Shown here: positions 51,501 to 64,000 of the stretch, piece by piece
How the letters are laid out: each line of letters begins with the position of its first letter
Position numbering within the stretch: position 1 is the first letter of the stretch
Source of the DNA: Epiperipatus broadwayi
Taxonomy: Eukaryota; Animalia; Onychophora
Assembly: GCA_028023455.1 (NCBI GenBank)
Contig: JAQFVV010000001.1
Location: 20,026,001 to 20,090,000 of the forward strand
Length of the DNA stretch: 64,000 nt
Reading direction: 5' to 3'
Program-made: the position numbers and the translations under genes
The notes under the pieces: model-generated
Told to the model about the DNA's origin: nothing
Database searches by the model: none
The model's input: only the letters and a program-made list of their open reading frames with translations

Positions 51501-54328
51501 AGGAAAAAAAGTTACTAGTAAGAAATGTAACTTGGCCAACTTGAAAAGGCCTTAATTTGAAATTTTTATACAATTTGAATGTTTACAAAGAATTATTATT
51601 CTGCAAATATAATGTAGTTTTTTATTTTTTTTGTGCTAATATTTTTTTGCCTTTTTATCATATGTTAAAATTTTAAGTCATAAATTGAATGAATCTGAAG
51701 TATCATATATTATTCAGTCTGTAATTTATTTAATAAAAATTCTGTAGATATTGATTAATAATACAAAAAGTAAATAAAAATAAAAACCAGTGTTTAATTA
51801 GAAGATAAAATTATATAAGAAATAATTAAAGATAGGGAAGGAGGTAAATAATTGTATTTGTAGATTATAATAATATTATGGTTTTAATTGAATATTATAT
51901 ATTTGGAATGTATTAATATTTTATTTATTTGTGTTATTATTTTTGTTTTTTATTTTTATTTATTATTATTATTATTATTATTTTTTAAGGAAACTTGATA
52001 ATGACTACAGAATGTAGTTGAAACATTGTATGGAAGGAGAAAGAAAATTATAGTTTGGAATAAAACAAGTTTTAAAAAGAAAAGGAATGTTGAATTTATA
52101 TATTTATTATCATGGAGCTATAATTTAAAAAGAAAAAGAAGTGAAAAGCTGTGTATATAATTATATTTATAAAATTATATCTGATAAAAATAATCATTCA
52201 AACTCATTAATGTACTTATCATATATAAACATCTTATAGTTATATTGATTTATTTGTTTTATAAGCATTAATATCTGTTGTTAATTTATTAATCCACTCT
52301 ATTCTCTTTTTTTTTTTTTTTTTTTGCAATAGAACAAATAGAGCAAACATGATATTTTGAAGATATATAACAGGAATAGTGAACTGAAACAAGACTCCAT
52401 GATAACTGACTACATAAAAAACATGTATTTTGTTTACTTATTTTGTCTACTAGAAATCATGAATGATAAAATATCTAATCTACAAATCAGAAATCCTAAT
52501 TTGCAAATACTTATAATTTATGAGCATGATAAAAATCATGATATTCACCCCATACATACTTCTGATAAATCTCCTTATCCTAATTATACTAGTTCTTACA
52601 AGCAAGTTATGTCAAAAATATAAATCATGAACAAAATTTTGGTTATTATATTGGTAATAATAAAAATAGCATATGCTAAAATTATAATATAATACATCAA
52701 AATAGCTGGTACTCCCAGATATTTATCAAATCCAAAATAAAATAAATAATTCAAGATTGAGAACCACCATGTAATTAACCATAATAATATGACTTTATAA
52801 ATAAATAAATTATAATAAAGTATTAATTAACAATTAAAAAAAATATTAAAAAAAAAAGTAAATAAATACTAGAAGTAAGCAACATCTTAAGTTTTCATTT
52901 GTTTTAAAAAAAATTATTTAAGTATTTTCTTGCATTGGAATTTTACTATTGTATCTTTTATCAATCAATAAATAAGTAAATATACTGCAAATCATTTACA
53001 AGAGTTGTATAAAATATGAATAGTATTACTCCAACTCATACACACCAATAAGATAATAATTTGTAATAACTAAAACAATGATACATATTACATTGAATAT
53101 GCTCTCATATTATTCATCTCATGTTTGCATGATATCAATAACATGTAATGATGTTCTATATCTTTTTATGAGTCACAGTTTTATTTGAATGCACATTGTA
53201 GATTGTCTGAGGTAAAGAGAAAACCCAGAAAAGATTCAGGCTGTCCCTTTGAATATTTTTTTTTATGCAGCCACCTGAATGAATTTGCTAAGCACAGGCT
53301 TTTACAAATTAAATTCAAGGTTGAATTAATTTGTAAAGTCAGTGATAAAGTTGACTTGTTATATTTGATTTCTGTTGGTCAAGAAGAATAGAGAGATCGT
53401 CCATATAGGCAATGCATGTGATATTTGCATTTAGCTGTGATACTATTATCCCTGTTAATTGATTTTTCAATTGCTTTAAGTAAAGGATTAACGTAGAAGA
53501 TAAATAAGAGTGAGGATATGAATGAAACTTGGGAAATGAAGGGGTGTGGGGAAAAAAAAAGGGGGGGGGATATTTTTCCACTGATAATTATATAGATTTC
53601 TCTACTGAGCAAAAGATTTGCTAAGGTAAGCTTTGGGAATTTGTTTCTGTGAGTGAGCTAATCAATTCATCTATTGGTTCTGAATCAAAGGCAGATTTAA
53701 AAACTAATTGTATTTTTTTTTGTTTCCTAATGTGTCTAATTATTTAAAAAAAAAAAGGCTGCTTGAATAGTAGAAGACCCTTTTTTAACAAATTGAAATT
53801 TGGATAATTTTGGTAATATTAATGGTTCTATTTTATCTTTTAATACAGATTCTAGGATTTTTATACTAAGAGGGCTCATTGATAGAGATCTAAGAATCTC
53901 TAGTGTACAGTCACTTTTCTGATTTTTTTAAAAGAGTATTAAAGTGAATGGACAAAAATCTTGAATTTTGTATTTTTGAGAGAGAGAGAGAGAAAATTGG
54001 TTAAATTTTCTAGGTCCTGGATTGTAAAGTAATTTAAGTGTGACAAAAACTGCTTGTGGGATTCCGTGTATGCCTGGGTGACAAAAATCTGTTGTGCTTA
54101 TTTTTTGTGTAAACTCAGTTGTAGTAAATGTGGTATATTTTTGGATATACTTAAGAATCAAGGTTTCCCTTTTTGTAGCTTGTCTTTGAAGTGAAAAAAA
54201 ATTAATTCTGACATATATCCACCACATAATATTTTATGCATAAAATTTGAAAGCAGTGGGGACAGGTATCATTAGTGCTTGACCTAATGCTCATCTAATA
54301 TATGCCTTGATCAGGTATGTATTTGATT

Positions 54329-54782
<454 letters not shown>

Positions 54783-54803
54783 TTATTTGGGTGCAGAGTA
54801 AGA

Positions 54804-54920
54804 TGATTTATATGCATTTTTGAGTGCTTGAACTCTTGGATGATTTTCTTCAGTGGGTGATGATCCTAATGTCACCCACTGAAGAAAAGAGTCCAGCCAT
54901 TCAAAAATGCATATAAATCA
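54804..54920. repeat. Bipartite inverted repeat (20-bp and 17-bp perfect arms)
   Basis: TGATTTATATGCATTTTTGA (54804-54823) pairs with TCAAAAATGCATATAAATCA (54901-54920). TTTTCTTCAGTGGGTGA (54844-54860) pairs with TCACCCACTGAAGAAAA (54872-54888). Confidence 0.92.
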
Positions 54921-57399
54921 GTTAAGTCTACACTGAAATAATAACTTCTTAAGACTAAGAAGCCTGTGGGAGAGAGTGTAATTCTTGTGATACAACTGAT
55001 AGTGTGAGATATTATGTTTATAAAAGTTAGCCATTCTTGGAGTGAATCTATTTGAAAGTTTCAAATTTTATGAATGTAAATATATATCTCTGAATATAAA
55101 AACTATGTTGTGTGTGATAAAAGCAGTATACATAGTTTTAACTGTATTAACTAATTTACTAGTGGAGAAGTTTAATTCAATTGTTACAATAAATGCATCA
55201 TGATCAGAAAAATGTGAATGGGTATTAAGGAAAAAGATTCATTAAGTGGTATAAGGCTGGGAATAAAATATCAAATCAATTAATGATGAGTGGCTGTCAT
55301 TATTGAGAAAGATAAAGTTATCTGAAAGAAAACCATTTTCACTCATTAGCAGAAAGGGTAAGGCATGTAATCAATTGTTAATTAATTTATTATGTGACAT
55401 ATTGAAATCCTCTAGCAGTAAGATAGAATGTGGTGTGGCAGCAAATTTTGCATTTAGAATTGGAATGATTCTGTTGATTATCATTGGACCAAGAGATAAC
55501 AGAATATGACAATAAGCATAAATGCATTGATGAATTTTATTTCAAAAGATGTAAATGATTTTTTTTAATTGACTATAGTGCCTGATGCTGTTGAGGGTGT
55601 GCATGAATCTGTAAAAAAGATAACAAAACCTGTTTTAGTTAGATAACTGTTCAGGTTTACTGATAAACCACTGTAAATTTTGGTTTCTAGTACAGGGAGT
55701 AAATGTGATTGAATGATGTCAAACCATCCCATTTGCTGATAAATTTTTCCTACAGAATTTTAGCGCTCTAAAATTAAAAGTTCTTATTTAAAACTGCATA
55801 GTAATTATGTGCTTGTATTTAAACATACCTAATATGAGTGTGATACAAAGTTAACAAAAAACTAAATTTTAAAATGCATAGGAGAAATGGGCATTGTAGG
55901 GAGTTGCTATATCAAATTTGAGCTAAGTAAAACTATTCGCTGCTATCCTAGTTATTCTTTGCATTGATTTCTGAGCCTGTTCATTTTGAGGACAATATAT
56001 ACATGACACATTAACCTCCTCTAAGTGAGTATGATCTTCTTCTGTGGTGAGATAAAAGTCCAACATCAATAAAAGTGACAGTTTTAATTTTTTAATGTTG
56101 TCAATATCAAAATTTAAATCATCAATTTCACTTTCTTCCATTTCCGGGTAAAAAATCTTCTGCCCTCTTTTCCCCTTGGTGGAGGGGGGAAAGGGGGTGA
56201 CCTGACTTCTATTTGCTTTCAAAGTTACTAATTTCTACAGAGAGTAAGTTGTTGATCAGAATGATAATTATGTTTGGAGTCATTTCGTTTATTATAGTGG
56301 GTTATTCTGCATTAATTATTGAGTTGTCTGTAGTAAAATTATTAATATTGTTTAAATCCATGTATCAAGTGCATTTTGTGCTTGTGTTAAACATTGAAGT
56401 GCAAGTACAGTTGAATTGTGAGCAGCAGAGTTTAGGCCGATTATTAATGAAATGCTCTCACTCTTTGCAATGGAAGCATGCAGTATTAGGCTATGGACTA
56501 TTAAAAAAAGCATTGCTTCTTGATCAATAATTTATAAAGAAAGTTTTCTGGATTAACATTTTTTTTATACCTTCAGTTAAACAAAAGCGGTTACTAGGTG
56601 CATTGTTTAGTAAAACAGGTTGAAAGACAATCACTGTTAGAAATGGAGATACCATTTTAATAAAATCTATTGTATAATATAGGTAGGTGGTTTTTAACAC
56701 CCTCATTATATTATCCCTGCTTGGATTTATTTGTATACTATAAGAGCATAATTGTCTAGATTTTTTTGCTATATTTTTTTATTTTTTTGTTCTTCACTTT
56801 TAAATTCAATTATTAGGTATCTGGTATTGGAATGGTTTGCAATATGTGAAATTGAAACCAACGCATTTTCTTTTATTTTGCTAAGTAGATCGTACAGCAA
56901 CTATTTGAAAAATTTATATAAATAACAATACTTGTCTGTAACTGCTAAGACCAATAGTGATTCATTAGTGAAAAAACACTTTGAATGAATAGTAGAAATC
57001 CTTTGGAATCGTGGAGTCGAGTCAAAAAGCTCTGTTTTTTTTTTTTTTTGTAGACTTTCATCATTCCAATCCTTATTTATTTCTATGGTTGGTTCTCTAA
57101 ATTGGCTAAAAATAAGCCAAGTTTAAAAAGTCATTTTCAGTGGAAATGCAAAATCTGAAGTTATTTCAAATGTTTTGTTTGAATTCAATGACAAAAGATT
57201 TTGTTACTTCGACATATAAAACCTTGTTGCTATCAAACATGGCATCCATAGTTACTGACGCATTGTATGAAACTTTCCAACTGAAATATTTTTTTTTACT
57301 TATTATCATTATTTATATATATATAAAAAACTTATACATTGAATTTTTTTTTATTAAGGGAAACAAACAGAATTTACAGCATGAATCTGTTAATGTACA

Positions 57400-58790
57400 T
57401 TCATTGTTGATTATGCATTTACAACTTCGCTAGGATCTTCTGAGCAAGGGCCTCATCATCTAGAGGGAATATCTGTGCCCAGGAATCTACATAGAGACCT
57501 TCTGGTGCTAGGAAGTGATCTCTATTTTTCATACTGACTAGAATTTGTCTATATTCTGTCCAGGGCTGTGAACCATAATGACTAAACATCAGCCAATTTC
57601 TTGTCAGCCATATGGCAAATAGTTGGAAAATTGCGATTCTAATCATGGCATATTTGCCACTCGTCAAGGCTTCACTCATTGACAGTATATTTTTTTAGAG
57701 GGCATGACTCTTTCTGTGATTTCCTGTCTGATTTGTCCCAGATAAGGCAATTATAAAAAATATGTTTGATCGTCTCCTCTTCTGATTGGCACAGATTACT
57801 TACATATTGTGTTTAATTTGGAAAATCCTCTTCTGGTCACTAAGAATTGTTTTGTAAGAAGTCAATTTTGTATTTAATTATAAAATCTACATACTTGGCC
57901 TCAAAACTACATTGCTTTGCTTTTCTGATTAACATTTTTGTTGTAATTTTAAGCTCAGTTGGCAATTTTACATTTTCAAGATGAAAATACTTGTAAACAT
58001 CCCAGTATGTGTTCATGGCCTCTATTATTGTTCTTGTGACTTTGAAACACTGATTTATATGCTTTGATAGTTCTGACATCCATTTTCTCGGCATTGGTGG
58101 CAGTGTGTCTGTGAGCTCTATTTTATCGTGAGACAATTCCATAGGCATGATCGTATACATTGCTCTTAATATTCTTAATGCCCTTTGTATGTAAAATACA
58201 CAAATGTCATGGATACTAAGTTCATTCAGGTTCCTCAGTTTTTGCACATTATCTAAGCTGATGGATATTCTCTTCCTCTTCCACAATATCTTGGTGCAGA
58301 TGGGGGTAATTGTGTTCTGAAAGGAGTTGGTCAGCTTAAAGATTGGCAGGTAATAATTGATGTATGGAAGTACCATCATGTTAATCAGTGTCACTTTGCC
58401 AGGGAGTGACAAGGAGATTGTCAACAGAATACTCATAATCTTCCTGGTTTTTTCCAGTATACTTGTCTGAAGCACTCTTCTCATTGCCATTCTGGATAAC
58501 ACCACAGGGAATCCAAAAAAGCTCTGTGGTTTTCCCATATATCTTGATGGAACTACAAATCCCCTGTGGAGCTTCCAGACTGCAGATTTATCAGGGTTGG
58601 TCATTAGCCTATATATCACAGTGTATTTGTCCAGAAGTTGATAAAGTTGTAGCAACCACTTGTGGGATGGGAGGAAGATGGTGATGTCATCCATGTAAGA
58701 AATGTGGTGTATTTCCTCTCTCAGCACTGGAACAAACACCCCTGGTAATTGTTTTTCTATCTGTTGAATTATTATAAGTTTAAAAAAGAA
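57400..58790 (-). mobile_element. 3' half of an L1/Tx1-like LINE ORF2 (RT C-terminal half + CCHC zinc finger)
   Basis: ORF 57840-58799 has HISYMDDITIFL (YMDD 58686-58697), LMTNPDKS and LSLPGKVTLINMMVLPYINY. Downstream, CK/NLCQSEEETIKHIFYNC (57747-57804, zf-RVT-like) and AIWLTRNWLMF (cf. IWxxRNxxxF) follow. Confidence 0.85.
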
Positions 58791-58829
58791 ACAAGGCATA
58801 TTTGATGATTTAAAAAAACACTGCTTGTG

Positions 58830-58897
58830 TTGATTTTTTTTTCATATGTCAAATGCACTGACCGGGAAGTGAACCTGCTATGCTAGCCACTAGGCCA
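58830..58897 (-). mobile_element. tRNA-like SINE head, copy 2
   Basis: Minus strand TGGCCTAGTGG (A-box-like) CTAGCATAGCA GGTTCACTTCCCGGT (B-box-like), then an A-rich tail. Homologous to 19131-19150. Confidence 0.55.
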
Positions 58898-59002
58898 ACA
58901 ATACATTGATGTGTGTTGATAAATTTAACATTAAAATTCTACAATAATGTGATGTGATGTGACTTCTCCTAAGTTTAAAGGCATACACCCTCTAGTGGCA
59001 AA

Positions 59003-59062
<60 letters not shown>

Positions 59063-59088
59063 GTTGTTGTTGTTGTTGTTGTTGTTGT
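59003..59088. repeat. (TTA)n(TTG)n microsatellite
   Basis: Directly visible. It produces the spurious poly-Leu ORF. Confidence 0.98.
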
Positions 59089-62000
59089 TTTTGTTATATA
59101 AGGTCAATTATCCAGACCAATTAATAAAGTTATTTATAATTTATATGTTTTCACTTTCAAACCCTTTAATATTATACAATTAGTGTATCTTAATCATTTC
59201 TATATAAATCAAATTGCAATAAACAATATATATATATATAGTTTGCATTCGTATTTTCTTTTCACTGTTCTATAATTCTGGGATCCTTAATTTAGTAAAC
59301 ATTTAAATATGTCAATTAAACTGTAATTAAAAAATAATAATACAACCAAAATATAATATTTGATTTTATCATAAAGTTTGAGTCATTCATAAATGTTAGA
59401 TAAATATTAAGGAGTATAATCAATATTAAAAACTTTTCTTTTAATTTTTATGGCAGTGTTACTTAATATAAATATATTAAATAACCTCAATATTACCAGT
59501 ATTATTTTAAATTCAGTTGGACCAGGTCACTATATCTCATATATATCTTTATTATATAAAATAATACTGAATTATTTAGTATAAAATACTTAATATAAAA
59601 TAGTTAATACTGAGTAAAGTGATAACTGTCTTTGAACTCAATGTTATTCAATACCATAAACATTTTTACTCAATTATATCAGAAATTCTACTTTAAAAGA
59701 AAATAAAAACATAATGGTTACTAAATTGTTTTGTTTTATAAATAAAAAATTACAATATATTTCTTAAATTAATATTGATAAATAGAAAGTGAAGAAAGAT
59801 TTTAAAAATAATTCTTAATAAATAAATATTGCTCATCATAATTTCTGCCACATCACTGAAAAAAATTATTATAAACATTATATTTGGTACCAAATATTTC
59901 AAAATAAAATTATTTTTAAAAAAATTCATTTCAGTTTTATATAATAAGTTAGTATATTAATATAATCATGAATTAAATGTGTCTTACTGAAAGATACAAA
60001 AATGCCACATATGTTTCTGACATTGCTAGTTGTCCATTCCTGATAAAGGTATAATGTTATTATATGATAGTGCAAAAAAGTAAGTTCTATATGATTATAA
60101 TAAATTTGTTGTCTAATGTTTATTGATATTTAAAATTATTTATTTTTGTATAAAACAAACTGCCTTTTATTATTTCCATTTTAGAAATTATAACTATAAA
60201 ACATAAAAACCAATTGAATTCTAAGCTTTTTTTTTTTAATTATATAAACTGAACTCCTTAATGTGAAAAAGTATCGATTTTCAACATTAAATTGTTAATT
60301 AAAAAAAATAGTGGTTAAAATCATAAGTTAAATACATCAAGATAGTTCACAATAATCACATTAGCAAAAACAAAAAAAAAAAAATATAACAATAAAATTT
60401 TGAAAAATCTTATTTTACTACATTAATAAAATAAAGTTTATTTTACATTATAATATTAATTTTTTATTAATATTAGTGTACTTTATTAAATAAAGTAAAA
60501 ACGCAAGATTTATTTTTTTAATATGTGATCATGTTCAATGCAACAACTTTCAATAAAGAAATAAACTTTTATTTTTATGTGTGATAAATTGTTTTAATTC
60601 CACAATCTATTTAGAAAAAATATTGGCTGTCATTCAGACTTTCTTCTTGGAAGTGTCAAGAACTGGCATCATCTTTAATCTCTTAAAATAACAGAGCTCC
60701 GATTTTTTATAGCAATAAGAATTAGTTTTTCTAAGGCAAGACAGTAGTCAATTTAATGGAAATATTCCAAATGTTTTAGCAATTTCTTTTTTAAAAAACT
60801 ACTATTTGATAATAAAGTATTATTGTTTGAATACAATATTCTATTTTCTATATATATATATTCTTTTCATTTAGAGATTTTTCATAAATATATATTAATT
60901 TTTATAAGAACACTACAATTATTTGTATCTAAAATATAAATGCATGTACTTCTCTTTATAGATGTAAACATAAAATGCAGTATATTTACATTATCCATCA
61001 CTATAATGAACCTCAAAGAAATTATTATCTATAACAGCAGTTTCCAATTTATTTTAATCACAAAAATCATTTTTACCTTCATAAAATTGTGGAATAGTCT
61101 TACGTTTTGCTAATTATAAACAAAACAACAAATCAAAAATAATTTATTGAAAAAACAATTTTAAAAATATGAAGGATTAAACTTTTAGTTTAATATTATT
61201 TCAAAATTTGTTTTTAATTGTGGATAACTGAATTTCAATACCATCAGATACAATCTATTTGATTATGTATTTTATATTATATTTATTTATATTTTGTATT
61301 ATAATAATATAGCGTGAAAGTTTTTCATACAAATTTTGAACTAATAATTAGTAATTAGGAATCCCAGCCCTATGGTGTCACAATGGTATTAGCTTAAGCT
61401 ACATTTAATTTAAAACAGAACACTTTACTTTTTAAATATAACATTTATTAATTCTCGAGAATGTTATTTAAAAAATCATAAATGTTCTGATAAAACTGAT
61501 GCCAGGATTTTAACAAAACATTTATTTTACAAGAGTTCAAATTGTTTATATTATGTTGGTAGTTGATATCAAATATACTACAATTTACATTTAGCACTAG
61601 AAAGAATAAAACTATTTATTCTCTTATTGTTTATTTCAAATAATCTTAGTGCATTTATATAAATTATTACAAAATTTAATTTTATTAAAATAATACTATA
61701 TGTTCTGTTATTAAAATGGGTCTATTATTGTCTGTGCCATACACAAAAAAAATTTCATTATTTTTTTTTTTTAAATCTTTAAAAAAAATTTTCACTGGAC
61801 ATTATGTATATATATGTAGTTTTCAGCATTTTTATAGCAACTCTTTGAGTGACATCCATTGTTAGAGCAGTGGAAGAAGTAGTCTATCTAAATTCTCAGT
61901 ACAATATTAATATTAACAAAAACTAAACACATATATAGATGAACCCAAAATATACATTATATTTTTCCTAAAAATCTTCACTTTAAAATCTAATTATAAA

Positions 62001-62856
62001 ATTAAAATATTAATTGAAATTAAACTTATATGCATGCATAAAATATATAATAATAATAAAATTAAATACTATGAAGTTTATCATAATGGCCATCATAAGC
62101 ATGGCATATCACAAGTTGAAATCATACAAAATTTGAATATTTTATTAATATTTTTATTAATAGGTTCATTTTTTTTTTTTCTTTACTGCTCATTTTACTA
62201 GATTGCATGAAAATGACAAAGGCAGAATTTTTTTATCAGCCAGACTCATTACTTAAATGGGCTAAAAAAGTGTCGAGGATTCACATTTCAAAGCCTTCAT
62301 CCTGATAAAAAAATAATCAGAATATCAGGTCATAAGTATTCAATTTTATTTTTTTTAATTATTAGAATAGAATTTTTAATTTTTTTAATTATTTAATAAA
62401 TGGTATAATTTCTTATTGTGTTTGCATTTGTATTTGTATGTCTGTGTAGTATATAAATTATGTAATATTAAACCATTTATGTTCTTTATTATACAGTATA
62501 TAAATTTGTATTCAAATGTAATAAATGACTCCAGTGTAATTTCGGAGCTCTGATCAAAGTTTGAGGCAACATTATTTTATAAACATAATGATTCTCAAAA
62601 GATTTAATAATTTATTCATGTGTTTATATTTGTATTAGGGTCTTTGTGTTTGCAATTGCATGTCTGCATTTGTATAACAAGTAATGATTTACATATATAA
62701 AGTTAATGTATTATAGAGCAGTGTGATGTAAATTTTAAGACTGATTATCAGATGTACAGAAAGTTTTCAGTTTATAAAGCAATCACAAAATTTACTGGGC
62801 ATAGTACTGTGTGAAAATATAAACACTTAAACCCAATAAAGGGAGATTTCAAATGG

Positions 62857-62918
62857 TGATTGTGTGGTGATAACCACAATGATTGTGTGGTGAAAACCAC
62901 AATGATTATGTATATACC
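62857..62918. repeat. 23-bp tandem repeat (2 copies plus a degenerate third), each with a TGTGGT/ACCACA hairpin
   Basis: TGATTGTGTGGTGATAACCACAA, TGATTGTGTGGTGAAAACCACAA, TGATTATGTATACCACA. Confidence 0.85.
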
Positions 62919-63798
62919 ACATGGAATTGTATGCAAACAAAGAATCAAAGTCTGATTCTTTCCTATGCCTTTACTCATGTTGTGGAGTTTGTAGTTTTGC
63001 CACATCTTGCATCACATTATTTTCAAGTCTATAGCTAGAAAATGAGCTTATGCAAATAATCTCTGTGGAACAATAAATATAACAAGACAGAATCACTGGT
63101 GTACACAAAAAAATAAAATGAAGAGATGAAACTCATTTTAACATTAATACAAACAGTAGCCTACAATTTCTAGTTTTAGATAGACAAGAAGCCAATTGTC
63201 ATGATGACCACCGCATATCCACTTTCTGGAAATGATTTGCTTCATATATTTTAATAGTATGAATCTTTATCTTATATAAGCCTTGAGATTTGTTAACTTT
63301 TGAGGTACAAAATAAAAATAATTCTTTTGTAACTAGTTTTGGAGATTCTGAAGCTATAGATTATCTCAGTTAAGAAGTATTAGATATGGTTTGAAAGATA
63401 ATTTTGTGAAGAATACAAAGAAATTATCAATGATGACGAAGTATAAACTTAATTAATGATAAATTAAAAATTATGAACAAACAATAAAGTAATAATTATT
63501 TTGGATGTTGAAATTTTTTTTCTTTATTTTTTATTAGTAATAATTATTTGTCTTACTCTTATTGTTTTCCTTAGAAAAAAATATCAATGCAAAGCTTTTT
63601 GCTCTAACATTATTAAAACTGAAGTTATTGTAAAAATTGTGTCTCAAGTCAGTTTCTTTTAAAAATTCAATATGTTACCAAAGACCATAAATTAGTTAAC
63701 CTTTGGGACACTTCTTGCAAATTATTTCATTTTTTTACCAATTCGCCCTGGGGTAAATATTTTTGTAAGTATTATACATTAAAATGGCTATTAAATGG

Positions 63799-64000
63799 TA
63801 TCATCATCATCAACCATTATCAATCCAATGCAGGATTAAGGTCTCTCTAAGTTCAATCCATCTTTTCCTATCTTTAGCTTCTCTTCTCCACATCACCCCT
63901 GCACACTTTCTTATTTCATCCATCCATCTCACATGTGGTCTCTTTCTGGGTTTTTTACAATCTCTTGGAATCCAGTTTAAAATTTCAATTGTCCATCTAT
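63799..64000 (-). mobile_element. 3' end of another young RTE copy (continues beyond the window)
   Basis: Reverse complement is nearly identical to about 43770-43965 (WTIEILNWIPRDCKKPRKRPHVRWMDEIRKCAGV...IDNG*) and ends in a (TGA)4 tail. Confidence 0.95.

Noticed and set aside
61800-61890. Minus-strand reading TMDVTQRVAIKMLK resembling kinase subdomain II
   Set aside because: No usable splice donor and no other kinase subdomain exons found nearby; consistent with chance.

Overview
Very AT-rich, strongly CpG-depleted eukaryotic DNA, probably from an invertebrate animal (the taxon cannot be determined from the sequence). It is a transposon graveyard or intron/intergenic region, and I found no intact host protein-coding gene. 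Contents I can support: (1) a young, 5'-truncated Penelope-like retroelement (RT + GIY-YIG, one frameshift) with a minimal hammerhead-ribozyme motif in its 3' pseudo-LTR; (2) a near full-length but inactivated RTE-clade LINE plus three older or partial copies of the same family; (3) two L1/Tx1-like ORF2 remnants with YMDD; (4) mariner/Tc1 and other LINE relics; (5) an orphan histone H3 pseudogene with heavy CpG decay; (6) two tRNA-like SINE heads; (7) microsatellites, tandem and inverted repeats; (8) three CpG-retaining patches that may be promoters; (9) a 21-nt Illumina adapter fragment, which is an assembly artefact. The best novelty candidate is the Penelope hammerhead, whose core has A3/U8 in place of the C3/G8 tertiary pair, an apparently compensatory swap. 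Two further hammerhead-like structures (a 135-bp tandem unit and an inverted repeat) are weaker leads. Most ORFs in the supplied track are microsatellite, antisense or chance ORFs. All alignments, folds and counts were done by eye.
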